This document shows positions 1 to 7,567 of a stretch of 29,171 nucleotides of DNA, piece after piece. The notes beneath the pieces are model-generated. The model did no database searches. It had not been told where the DNA came from and was given only the letters and a program-made list of their open reading frames with translations. The DNA is from Phycisphaeraceae bacterium. Its GTDB lineage: Bacteria; Planctomycetota; Phycisphaerae; Phycisphaerales; SM1A02. Where the stretch lies: assembly GCA_040374395.1 (NCBI GenBank), contig JBEIUL010000001.1, forward strand, positions 1 to 29,171, in the 5' to 3' direction. Both the position numbers and the translations under genes were made by a program. Positions within the stretch are counted from its first letter, which is position 1, and every line of letters begins with the position of its first letter.

Positions 1-328
1 ACCCCGCGAACCCCTCGCCGCTGCGGTGCGGGATGCGTCGCACCGTCCGCACCGGAACGACGCGGGCGGCGAAGCGGGTGTCGAACGCCAGCCGCTCGCC
101 GCAGAGCGTCAGGACCAGCAGCGTCGCCATCGCCCGCACCGCGGCCGGTGGCGCGGCCGCGACCAGCCGCGTGTTCTCGTCGAGCTCGGCGTCGGGCAGC
201 GGCCGCGCGAGCAGCGTCCGCACCCGCTCGCCGCGGGCGACCTCGCTCTTCTCCGGGCTGGCCTCGGGACCGGTTTCCACCGGGAGACCATCGACCGGCC
301 CGGCGCCCGGCATCCAATCGCCGCTCAT
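1..328 (-). CDS. cheW: CheW-like coupling protein (WspD-type), 3'-truncated by the window edge
   Basis: Not in the ORF track. ATG at 328 overlaps the cheR stop (ATGA). Manual translation gives MSGDWMPG...LLVLTLCGERLAFDTRFAARVVPVRTVRRIPHRSGEGFAG, with the R-I/L-P-H-R motif of WspD-like CheW, in the wspD position after wspC. Confidence 0.72.
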   Translation of the reverse strand, partial: MSGDWMPGAGPVDGLPVETGPEASPEKSEVARGERVRTLLARPLPDAELDENTRLVAAAPPAAVRAMATLLVLTLCGERLAFDTRFAARVVPVRTVRRIPHRSGEGFAG

Positions 329-1566
329 GGCCGCACCTCCGCCGCCCCGGATTCCTCACGGCCGAGGTGAAGACGCAAGGCCCGCTCGCGATAGCGGTCG
401 CCCTCGTCGCTCCGGCCCTGGCGATCGGCGACCTCGGCGAGCCGGATGAGGGCGACCTCCGAGCCGGGGTCGAGGTAGAGCGTCTTGCGGAACGAATCGC
501 CCGCCGCGGCCAGGCCGCCCCGCGCGAGCGAGATCTCGCCCGCCGCGAGGTGTGCCTCGGCCCAGTCGGGCCGTGCGCGGATCAGACGGGCGACCGCCTC
601 GGCGGCCTCGGTCCAACGGGCGCCGGTCATGAGCTCGCGGACGGCGGTGAGATCCGGCACCGGCTCGGCGACCGGCGCCGCGGGAGTCGTCCGTTCGGTC
701 CGCCGGACCGCGGTCGAGCGGACGGGCGACGCGACCTCCGGCTCGCGCCGCGGCGGCACCCGCACCTCGGCGCGGACCGAACCCGGCACGTACGCGAACG
801 CCGCCGCCGGACCGTCGCCGCGGAACGCCGCAAGCAGCTCGGGGCATGCGTCGGCGTGACCGACCACGAGCAGGCCGCCCGGCTCGAGCCACTCGACGAG
901 GCGGCGGACCAGTTCCGCGCGGCCCGCCGACGCGAGGTAGATCATGAGGTTGCGGCAGAAGACCACCGCATACCGCTCACCGGACGGCTCGCGCCAGCCG
1001 AAGGCATCGGCGTGCTCGAACCGCACCGTGGACCCGAGCGCCGCCGCGACCCGCAGCCCGCCGTCGGCCGCCTCGAACGACGGCACCGCCCACTCGGGCA
1101 GCGGATCGCGGATCGCGAACCCGCGGAAGCGGCCCGCCCGGGCCTCGGCGAGCGCGGCATCGTTCACGTCGATGGCGTCGATGCGCATCGAGTCGACCGT
1201 GAAACCCGCCGCGATCGCCGTCGCGGCCATCGAGTAGGCCTCGGCCCCGTTCGCGCACGCCGCGCTCAGCATCCGCAGCGGCTCGGCCGGACGCTCGCGC
1301 CGCCGCGCCACCAGCCGCTCGCGCAACCAGTCGAACGACGCCCGGGTCCGGAAGACCCACGTCTCGGGCACGGCCACCAGCGTCTGCACGACGCGGCGTT
1401 CCGCGGCGTCGGACTCGAGCCTCGCCACGTACGCCTCGTCGCCGCCGAGCCCGATCTCGCGCAGCCGCAGGTCGAGCGAATCCTCGAAAGCGCGGCTTGC
1501 GAGCAGCGCCGGCTCGAGCCGCGTCCGCTCGCGAAGCCACGCGACGGTGCGGGGAAACCGGCTCAC
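325..1566 (-). CDS. cheR: CheR-type chemotaxis methyltransferase with C-terminal TPR (WspC-like), 413 aa
   Basis: GTG at 1566 overlaps the cheW stop (GTGA). Motifs VPETWVFR, SAACANGAEAYSMA, IDAIDVN, VVFCRNLMIY, LEPGGLLVVGHAD, then a Pro-rich linker and TPR-like tail (AEAHLAAG...FRKTLYLDP). The ORF-track start at 2070 is overextended. Confidence 0.88.
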   Translation of the reverse strand: MSRFPRTVAWLRERTRLEPALLASRAFEDSLDLRLREIGLGGDEAYVARLESDAAERRVVQTLVAVPETWVFRTRASFDWLRERLVARRRERPAEPLRMLSAACANGAEAYSMAATAIAAGFTVDSMRIDAIDVNDAALAEARAGRFRGFAIRDPLPEWAVPSFEAADGGLRVAAALGSTVRFEHADAFGWREPSGERYAVVFCRNLMIYLASAGRAELVRRLVEWLEPGGLLVVGHADACPELLAAFRGDGPAAAFAYVPGSVRAEVRVPPRREPEVASPVRSTAVRRTERTTPAAPVAEPVPDLTAVRELMTGARWTEAAEAVARLIRARPDWAEAHLAAGEISLARGGLAAAGDSFRKTLYLDPGSEVALIRLAEVADRQGRSDEGDRYRERALRLHLGREESGAAEVRP

Positions 1567-2009
1567 GCCGCCTCGCCGAGGATGCGGGCGAGCTGTTCGC
1601 GGTCGAGCAGCCGATCGGGCCGCACGAGCTGCACGGTGCCGCCGCCGTGCCGCGCGACCGGGCCGCGCGGACCCGCGGCGCCCGCGAAGGCGCCGCCCGC
1701 GGCGAAGTCGATCTCCTCGAGGCCGAGCACCGACTCGAGCAGGATGCCGCCGAGCGTGCCGCTCTCGGCGAGCGGCGCGACCGCGACCCGCGATCCGACC
1801 CGCAGCGCCGTCGGCCCGCCGCCGAGCAGGATCGACGAGTCGACCAGCGGCAGCAGCTGCCCGTGCCGCTCGAAGACGCCGAGCGCGAACGCCGGCAAGC
1901 CGCCGAGCGGCCGCCAGCGGACCGCCGGCAGGACCTCGACGATCCGCGCGACCTCGAGTCCGTACCGTTCGCCACCGTGCTCGAAGAGGAGGGTGCGCAT
2001 GGCGATCAC
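1563..2009 (-). CDS. cheW: CheW-like coupling protein (WspB-type)
   Basis: LLFEHGGERYGLEVARIVEVLP...LGVFERHGQLLPLVD is a CheW pattern. Start is GTG 2009 (overlapping the MCP stop) or ATG 2000. Confidence 0.85.
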   Translation of the reverse strand: MIAMRTLLFEHGGERYGLEVARIVEVLPAVRWRPLGGLPAFALGVFERHGQLLPLVDSSILLGGGPTALRVGSRVAVAPLAESGTLGGILLESVLGLEEIDFAAGGAFAGAAGPRGPVARHGGGTVQLVRPDRLLDREQLARILGEAA

Positions 2010-4072
2010 GCCCGCAGGCGGAAGCTCGCGACCGAGGTCTTGAGCGCCCCGACCGCCGACTGGAGGTCATCCGCGGCCCGACCGAACTCGGCGCTCGCGG
2101 TCGCGGTCTGCCGCGCCGCCGCGTCGAGCCCGCGCATCGCGGCGTCGATCTGCCCGGCGCCCGCGGCCTGGCTTCGCATGCCCTCGTTCACCGACTGGAA
2201 GCCCTCGGTGCTCTCGCTCACCTGCTCGATGATGCGGCCGAGCCGGGCCGAGACCTTCGCGACCTCGTCGACGCCCGATCGCACCGTCTCGGCGAAGCGG
2301 TCCATCTCCATCACGCCGCCCGAGACCGCCGACTGCATCTGCCTGACCATCCGCTCGATGTCGAGCGTGGCCGCACCGGTCTGGTCGGCGAGGCGGCGGA
2401 TCTCGCGGGCGACGACGAGGAAGCCGACGCCGAACTCGCCGGCCTTCTCGGCCTCGATCGCGGCGTTCACGCTGAGCAGGTTGGTCTGGTCGGCGACGTG
2501 GTTGATGGTGGTCACGATCGCGGTGATGCCCGCGACCTTCTCGTTGATCGCGGCGAGCCGCGCCGCGACCAGCCCGGTCGCGTCGTCGAGCTTCCGCATC
2601 GAGCCCTCCATGCCCGCGAGGTCGCGGCGGCTCTCCTGGGCCAGCTCGGCCGACCGCACGGCATGCTCGTTGATCGTCTCCATCGTGCCGACCAGCTCGG
2701 CTCCGGTCGTCGAGATCTGCCGCACGCTGGCCGCGATCTCGGTGGTCGCCCCGCCGAAGGCCGACACCGTCTCCTCCTGCTGGCGGCTGGTCGCGGCGAG
2801 CTCGGTCGCGGTCGAGTGGATCTGGATGCTCGACTGCCGCACCTGGCCGACGAGCCGGTTCAGCTGGTCGGTCATGGCGCGGAAGGCCCGCAGCAGCTCG
2901 CCGGTCTCGTCGGCGGCGGTCGCGGGCGGCGGGTCGCTCGAGAGGTCGCCCGCGGCGATGCGGCGCGAGGCCTCGACCGCGGTGCGCAGCCGGCCGCTCA
3001 TGCGACTCGCGAAGGTCATGAGCAGGACCGTCACCACCACGATGCCGACTAGCGCGGTGACCGCGTTCATGGCGAGCGACTTCCACACCGGCGCGAGCAC
3101 GACCCGCTCGGGCTTGGTGAGCACCACCATCCAGTCGCCGGTCGGGATCCTCGCCGTCGCGACGTAACTCAGCTCGCCGTCGAGCGGATTCACCGCCTCG
3201 ACGATCCGCGGGCGCTCGATCGTGCCCGCGTCGCCCGACACCAGGGCATCGAGCCCGGTGCCGGCGACCGGCTTCGTGCGGAGCGCCTCCGCCGCCGGCC
3301 GATCGCGATCGACGGTCGACGCCGCGTAGTGCCCGCGGGCGAGGACGAGGACCTCGTACCCGTGGTCGCCGCGGACCCGCTCGAGCTGCGTCTCGATCGT
3401 CCGGAGCGAACGGTCGCATCCGGCGATGCCGAGCAACTTCCCGTCGCGGACGAGCGGGACCATCTGCTCGACGATCTGCTCGCCCTCATAGATGTACGGC
3501 CGCGTGACGAACGCCTCGATGCGGCCCGTCCGTTCCCATTCGCGCTTCGTGCCCTGGTACCAGAGCTCGTCGGGATCGTCGTAGCCGGTGAGGGGCTCGT
3601 AGCGGAACCCCTCGGGCTTGCTCGCGTCGCGACGCACGTACGGGATGAACCGTCCGTTCGCGTCGGTGACCGGCGGAAGCGTCGCGTTCGCCGGGTCGGC
3701 GTCCTTGCCGTCGGCGTTCGGCTCGTAGCAGACGGTGACCGCGTAGAGGTCGGGATTCGCCAGCAGCAGGTCGCGGTGCGGCTCGAGGGTGGCCTCGCGG
3801 TTCCCGAACAGGCCGTTCAGCTGGGTGATCGCCACCATCTCGGCGACCTGGACCGCGCGACGGTTCTCCTCCTCGATATGCAGGGCGACCAGCTGGGTGG
3901 CGTCCTCGATCTGGACCTTCGCCGACTCCTCAAGGCTCCGGTACGCCCGTACGCCGTTGGTGGCCACCACGGCGGCGATGACCAAAACCGACGGCACGAT
4001 CCCGATCAGGACCATCCGCCCCAACAGGGAACGAGCGAACGGCAGGTTCGTGGGGGCGGCACCTTCGGTCAT
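2006..4072 (-). CDS. Methyl-accepting chemotaxis protein (WspA-like signalling domain, dCache-type sensor, HAMP), 688 aa
   Basis: Two TM segments flank a periplasmic dCache-like region (YEPNADGKD, GRFIPY, LWYQ, TRPYIY, GIAGCD). HAMP-like DETGELLRAFRAM. Signalling hairpin QTNLLSVNAAIEAEKAGEFGVGFLVVAREIRRLADQT with WspA-type AEKAGE. GGAG SD 5 nt upstream. Confidence 0.92.
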   Translation of the reverse strand: MTEGAAPTNLPFARSLLGRMVLIGIVPSVLVIAAVVATNGVRAYRSLEESAKVQIEDATQLVALHIEEENRRAVQVAEMVAITQLNGLFGNREATLEPHRDLLLANPDLYAVTVCYEPNADGKDADPANATLPPVTDANGRFIPYVRRDASKPEGFRYEPLTGYDDPDELWYQGTKREWERTGRIEAFVTRPYIYEGEQIVEQMVPLVRDGKLLGIAGCDRSLRTIETQLERVRGDHGYEVLVLARGHYAASTVDRDRPAAEALRTKPVAGTGLDALVSGDAGTIERPRIVEAVNPLDGELSYVATARIPTGDWMVVLTKPERVVLAPVWKSLAMNAVTALVGIVVVTVLLMTFASRMSGRLRTAVEASRRIAAGDLSSDPPPATAADETGELLRAFRAMTDQLNRLVGQVRQSSIQIHSTATELAATSRQQEETVSAFGGATTEIAASVRQISTTGAELVGTMETINEHAVRSAELAQESRRDLAGMEGSMRKLDDATGLVAARLAAINEKVAGITAIVTTINHVADQTNLLSVNAAIEAEKAGEFGVGFLVVAREIRRLADQTGAATLDIERMVRQMQSAVSGGVMEMDRFAETVRSGVDEVAKVSARLGRIIEQVSESTEGFQSVNEGMRSQAAGAGQIDAAMRGLDAAARQTATASAEFGRAADDLQSAVGALKTSVASFRLRA

Positions 4073-4079
4073 CGCGGCT

Positions 4080-4109
4080 CCGGGGGTCCCACCGTCATCG
4101 GTCCCCCGG
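4080..4109 (-). promoter_or_regulatory. GC-rich hairpin overlapping the SD of the MCP gene
   Basis: Minus strand reads CCGGGGG-ACCG-ATGA-CGGT-GGGA-CCCCCGG-AGCCGCG-ATG. The 3' arm includes the GG of the GGAG SD. Function unproven. Confidence 0.3.
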
Positions 4110-4162
4110 GGAAGCAGCCTGCACAGCGAGCGGGTCGGCGTCGAGCCGGACGGGGCCCCGAT

Positions 4163-7135
4163 TCAGAGCACCGTCTGGCGAAGTCCACCCGTGTCGAGTT
4201 GGAAGCGGAACAGCCGGGCGAGCGGGTTGGGCGGCCGGGCGGCGAGCGTACGACGAACGGCGGCGGCGGCCTCCTCGTCGTGGGCCACCATAAAGAGGAA
4301 GCCTCCGCCTCCCGCTCCGGGCAGTTCCCATGCCGACAGGTAGCGACGCACGGGGGCCACCATCCGGTCGATTTCAGGGGTGCGCGACTTCGGGTCCAAT
4401 TGACACTTCAGATTCCAGTAGGCCGCGAGCTCGCGGGCGAACGAGTCAAGATCACCCGAAGTCAGGGCCGCCCGCATTCGCTCCGCGCCCGCCTTCAAAT
4501 CGTGCACGATCCGAACCACGCTGCCCGTTCCCGCCCCTTCGCGAGCGAGGTACCGCACGACCACCTGCTGGAGGATGTCGCGAGCCATCCGGCGGATGCC
4601 GGTGTAGTAAAGGATGGTCCGGGCCTCGAGTTCGGCCGACGCCCGGGCGGGCACGACGATCGGCTCGACCGCGACCTCCTGGGCGAGACCGGGTTCGGTG
4701 CGGCCGATCTTCAGGCCGGGGTAGATGCCGCCCACCTGGTCCTGCCAGCCGCCCCGCGTCGACATCCGCTGCTCGAGGACGCTGGTCCGGGCCACCAGGT
4801 CGGCCGGGCTGGCGGTCCGGCCGGCCAGGCGATCGAGGCAGGCGAGCGTTGCCGCCCCGAGGATCGACGAGGTGCCGAGGCCGCTGCCCTTGGGCACCGC
4901 CGAGAAAAGCGAGAGGGCAACCCCGCCCCCGATCCGCTCGAGATGCCGGGCGAGGGGAACCCGGGCATCGGACGGCACGACGCCCGACTGGACGAGCGCC
5001 GCCTTCGCCAGGGCCGACCAGTCGCGCGGGTCGCGGCAGTCGAGCAACTCGGGCGTGCGGGTGAAGCGGCGGCTGAGGCCGAGGTCGATCGAATGGACGG
5101 TCACCGTCGGCTCGTCGACGAGCTTCGCGACGACCTGGATCGGCTGCTGGCCGTTGAGCAGGATCGCCGCGTTGAGGACCGTGCCGCCGCGCTCGTTGCA
5201 GATCGGCGGCGTGTCCGACCAGCCGCCGGCGAGGTCGACGCGGACGGGCGCGCTCGTCCAGATCGCCTGGTCGGGGCGCACGGGCGGCACGGCCACATCG
5301 CGACGGGCGGGTTCGCCCGCGGGAAGGTTCACGCAGACCGCCTCGCCGATCGACTCGAGGCTCCGGGCGACGAGCGTTCCGGCAAGACGGCGGCCCCTCG
5401 AACCCAGATGCGCTTCGGCGATCCGCGCTGCGACGAGCTGGCGGCGGGCGTTGACGAAGCCGTCGGGCGATCGCACGGCGAGATCCGCGAGCGCCGCCTT
5501 CGCCTCGACCCGGTCGTCGATCGCGGCGACGACCATGTACGCCGCCAGGGTGTCGTCGAACGCGAGGGCCGAGGCGGGCGAACGGACGAGCGAACGCCGC
5601 GCGATCTCGTCCTCGAGGGCGATCGCGCGAGCCTGCGAGACGCGGCCGAGCAGCTCGGCGAACGAGAACCGCCGGGCCTTCAGCCAGGCGGCGGGCGCGC
5701 GGCCGCGGGGCGAGCGCATCCATGCGAGCGAAGCCGCATCGGGCCGCGGGCCGACGGTCCAGAGCCTCGCGTCCCAGGTGGTCGTCGCATCACCGAGCTT
5801 CGAGACCGCCGCGACGGCAAGGCCGCGGGCCGCGAGCCATTCGCGCCACGGCCGCCCGCCGAACGTGCCGTCGCGCGACAGCGGCGTCTTGCCGTCGTCG
5901 TCGACGTGGAACAGGACGGTCGCGAACTGCGTGCGCCCGATCGGCAGGACGCACGCACCCCAGCCGTCGCCGTCCTCGCCGCGGACGTCGATCGCGCCGC
6001 GCGTCGCGGGACCGAAGCCGCTCACGAGCGAATCGCGGCCGAGCCGCAAGCGCCCGACGCCGAGGCTGCCCTCGACGACCGACCCCGCGCCGTCGCGGGC
6101 GAAGCCGGCCGGCAGGTCGGCGCATCCGATCGAGAACGCCTCGCCGCGCCGCGTCGCCGCGATGCCGTCGGCGCCGAACCCGAAGCGGCGCTCGGCCGCC
6201 GCGTCGCGGGTCACGGTGTGCAGGTACTCGCGGGTCGTCCCGACGTGCAGGAACCCCTCGCCGTCCGAGATCCGCACGCGAAAGGGAACGCCCCGCACGC
6301 CGCGCCAGAGCGACGCCAGCGAACGCCGCACCGCGGGCAAGGCGACGGGCAATCGTGCGAGGTACTCGCGCTCGTCGGGGCAACCCGCGAGCGCGAGCAG
6401 CACGTGGTGGTAGAGGTCGACGTTCTCGACGAGGCCGCGACGGATCCCGCCCAGCAGCCCGCGACCGGCCGCGAGCAGCCTCGCGGCCGCCTCGGGCGCG
6501 AGGCTCACGATGCCGGTGTCGATGAGCACCGAACCGTCCTCGAGCAGGGCTCGTGCGGCCTGCAGTCTCGCCCGGTCGGGCTTCTGCAGGAAGCTGCGGA
6601 CCGCACCCGACGCGCCGCGCACGTACACCCCATGCCGCGAACCTCGCTCGGGCGTGCCGCGCTGGGCGATGCCGACCACTCCCCCATCGGCCGCCGAAAG
6701 GTCGATCGCCTCTCGGCTCACCCCGACGACCGTGTCGCCGCTCGCGACAAGCACGTGCCCGCCTTCCGGAGCCTTGAGGCCGGCGAGGTCGGCGAGCACC
6801 AGGTCGAGCACGCTGCCGGGCCGGCCCGACCGGCGTCGGAACGGCAGCGGCGCGAACACCTTGCCCCGCGCCGCGAACGCCGGAAGCCGCTTGCTGTCGC
6901 CGCCCGAATGCACGATCCAGATCCGTCGTCCGCGCAGGCTGCCGGCCGCGGCGAGCGCGAGCAGCGTCGCCCCGCCGCTGCCGATCCGCCGACCGCCCGC
7001 ATCAGGCACGACGAGCCAGCCGAAACCATGCGGCAGGTCGCCGAGCCGCTCACGCTCGGCCAGCCGCACCCGATAGGCCGCCGCCTGCGCCTCGTTCGAG
7101 GCGGTCAGGACCAGGAGATCGCCGGTTCGGGACAC
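4163..7135 (-). CDS. fkp: Bifunctional L-fucokinase / GDP-L-fucose pyrophosphorylase (Fkp-like), 990 aa
   Basis: N-terminal pyrophosphorylase motifs LVLTASNEAQA, VVPDAGGRRIGSGGATL, HSGGDSKRLP...GKVFAPLP, FLQKP and FLHVGTTREYL. C-terminal GHMP kinase motifs APVRVDLAGGWSDTPP, VPKGSGLGTSSILG, GGWQDQVGG and LPGAGGGGF. Confidence 0.85.
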   Translation of the reverse strand: MSRTGDLLVLTASNEAQAAAYRVRLAERERLGDLPHGFGWLVVPDAGGRRIGSGGATLLALAAAGSLRGRRIWIVHSGGDSKRLPAFAARGKVFAPLPFRRRSGRPGSVLDLVLADLAGLKAPEGGHVLVASGDTVVGVSREAIDLSAADGGVVGIAQRGTPERGSRHGVYVRGASGAVRSFLQKPDRARLQAARALLEDGSVLIDTGIVSLAPEAAARLLAAGRGLLGGIRRGLVENVDLYHHVLLALAGCPDEREYLARLPVALPAVRRSLASLWRGVRGVPFRVRISDGEGFLHVGTTREYLHTVTRDAAAERRFGFGADGIAATRRGEAFSIGCADLPAGFARDGAGSVVEGSLGVGRLRLGRDSLVSGFGPATRGAIDVRGEDGDGWGACVLPIGRTQFATVLFHVDDDGKTPLSRDGTFGGRPWREWLAARGLAVAAVSKLGDATTTWDARLWTVGPRPDAASLAWMRSPRGRAPAAWLKARRFSFAELLGRVSQARAIALEDEIARRSLVRSPASALAFDDTLAAYMVVAAIDDRVEAKAALADLAVRSPDGFVNARRQLVAARIAEAHLGSRGRRLAGTLVARSLESIGEAVCVNLPAGEPARRDVAVPPVRPDQAIWTSAPVRVDLAGGWSDTPPICNERGGTVLNAAILLNGQQPIQVVAKLVDEPTVTVHSIDLGLSRRFTRTPELLDCRDPRDWSALAKAALVQSGVVPSDARVPLARHLERIGGGVALSLFSAVPKGSGLGTSSILGAATLACLDRLAGRTASPADLVARTSVLEQRMSTRGGWQDQVGGIYPGLKIGRTEPGLAQEVAVEPIVVPARASAELEARTILYYTGIRRMARDILQQVVVRYLAREGAGTGSVVRIVHDLKAGAERMRAALTSGDLDSFARELAAYWNLKCQLDPKSRTPEIDRMVAPVRRYLSAWELPGAGGGGFLFMVAHDEEAAAAVRRTLAARPPNPLARLFRFQLDTGGLRQTVL

Positions 7136-7141
7136 GATCGC

Positions 7142-7147
7142 AGTGTA
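7142..7147 (-). promoter_or_regulatory. Putative -10 element (TACACT) for a leaderless fkp transcript
   Basis: TACACT on the minus strand ends 6 nt before the GTG start at 7135. No SD is present. Confidence 0.5.
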
Positions 7148-7169
7148 CGGATCGGTCCGGTCCCGCCGC

Positions 7170-7175
7170 TACACT
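7170..7175 (+). promoter_or_regulatory. Putative -10 element (TACACT) for the mutarotase/MBL operon
   Basis: TACACT 41 nt before GTG 7217, followed by an AGGA SD-like site. It lies back-to-back with the fkp -10. Confidence 0.45.
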
Positions 7176-7216
7176 CCGTATCCCGCTCGCGAACGCGAGT
7201 CGCCAGGACCGCACGC

Positions 7217-7567
7217 GTGCCGAGTTTCGCCCAAGCCCTCGATCTCCGCGACGACCCGAAGCTCATCGAGGAGTACCGCCGCCACCACCGCGCCGTCTGG
7301 CCCGAGGTGATCGCGGCCCTGCGCGGCATCGGCATCACGCGGATGCGGATCTACCTCGTCGGCACGCGGCTCTTCATGTATTACGAGGCCCGCGACGGCT
7401 TCGACCCGCGCCGCGACTTCCAGACGTACGCGGCGAACCCGAAGACCCGCGAGTGGGACGATTGGATGCGCACCTTCCAGCGGAAGCTCGCCGAGGCGGG
7501 TCCGGACGACTGGTGGACCCCCATGGACGAGGTCTTCGACCTCGAGAAGGCCCCGAGCACCGCGTGA
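7217..7567 (+). CDS. L-rhamnose/L-fucose mutarotase (RhaM/DUF718 family), 116 aa
   Basis: Real gene at the tail of shadow ORF 3329..7567: ALDLRDDPKLIEEYRRHHRAVWPEV...MRIY...LFMY...WDDWM...WWTPMDEVFDL. The YxxxHxxVWPE and W-x-x-M-x-E-V-F motifs are RhaM hallmarks. Confidence 0.85.
   Translation: MPSFAQALDLRDDPKLIEEYRRHHRAVWPEVIAALRGIGITRMRIYLVGTRLFMYYEARDGFDPRRDFQTYAANPKTREWDDWMRTFQRKLAEAGPDDWWTPMDEVFDLEKAPSTA

Noticed and set aside
4163-5260. Kinase domain as heptose-7-phosphate kinase HddA
   Set aside because: The GGWSDTPP signature and fusion to a fucose-pyrophosphorylase-like N-terminus fit Fkp rather than HddA (GGGTD), and there are no gmhA/hddC neighbours.
3329-7216. 1412-aa + strand ORF 3329..7567
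   Set aside because: Antisense shadow of fkp and the MCP with low-complexity Arg/Gly/Ala composition. Only the last 116 codons (mutarotase) are a real gene.
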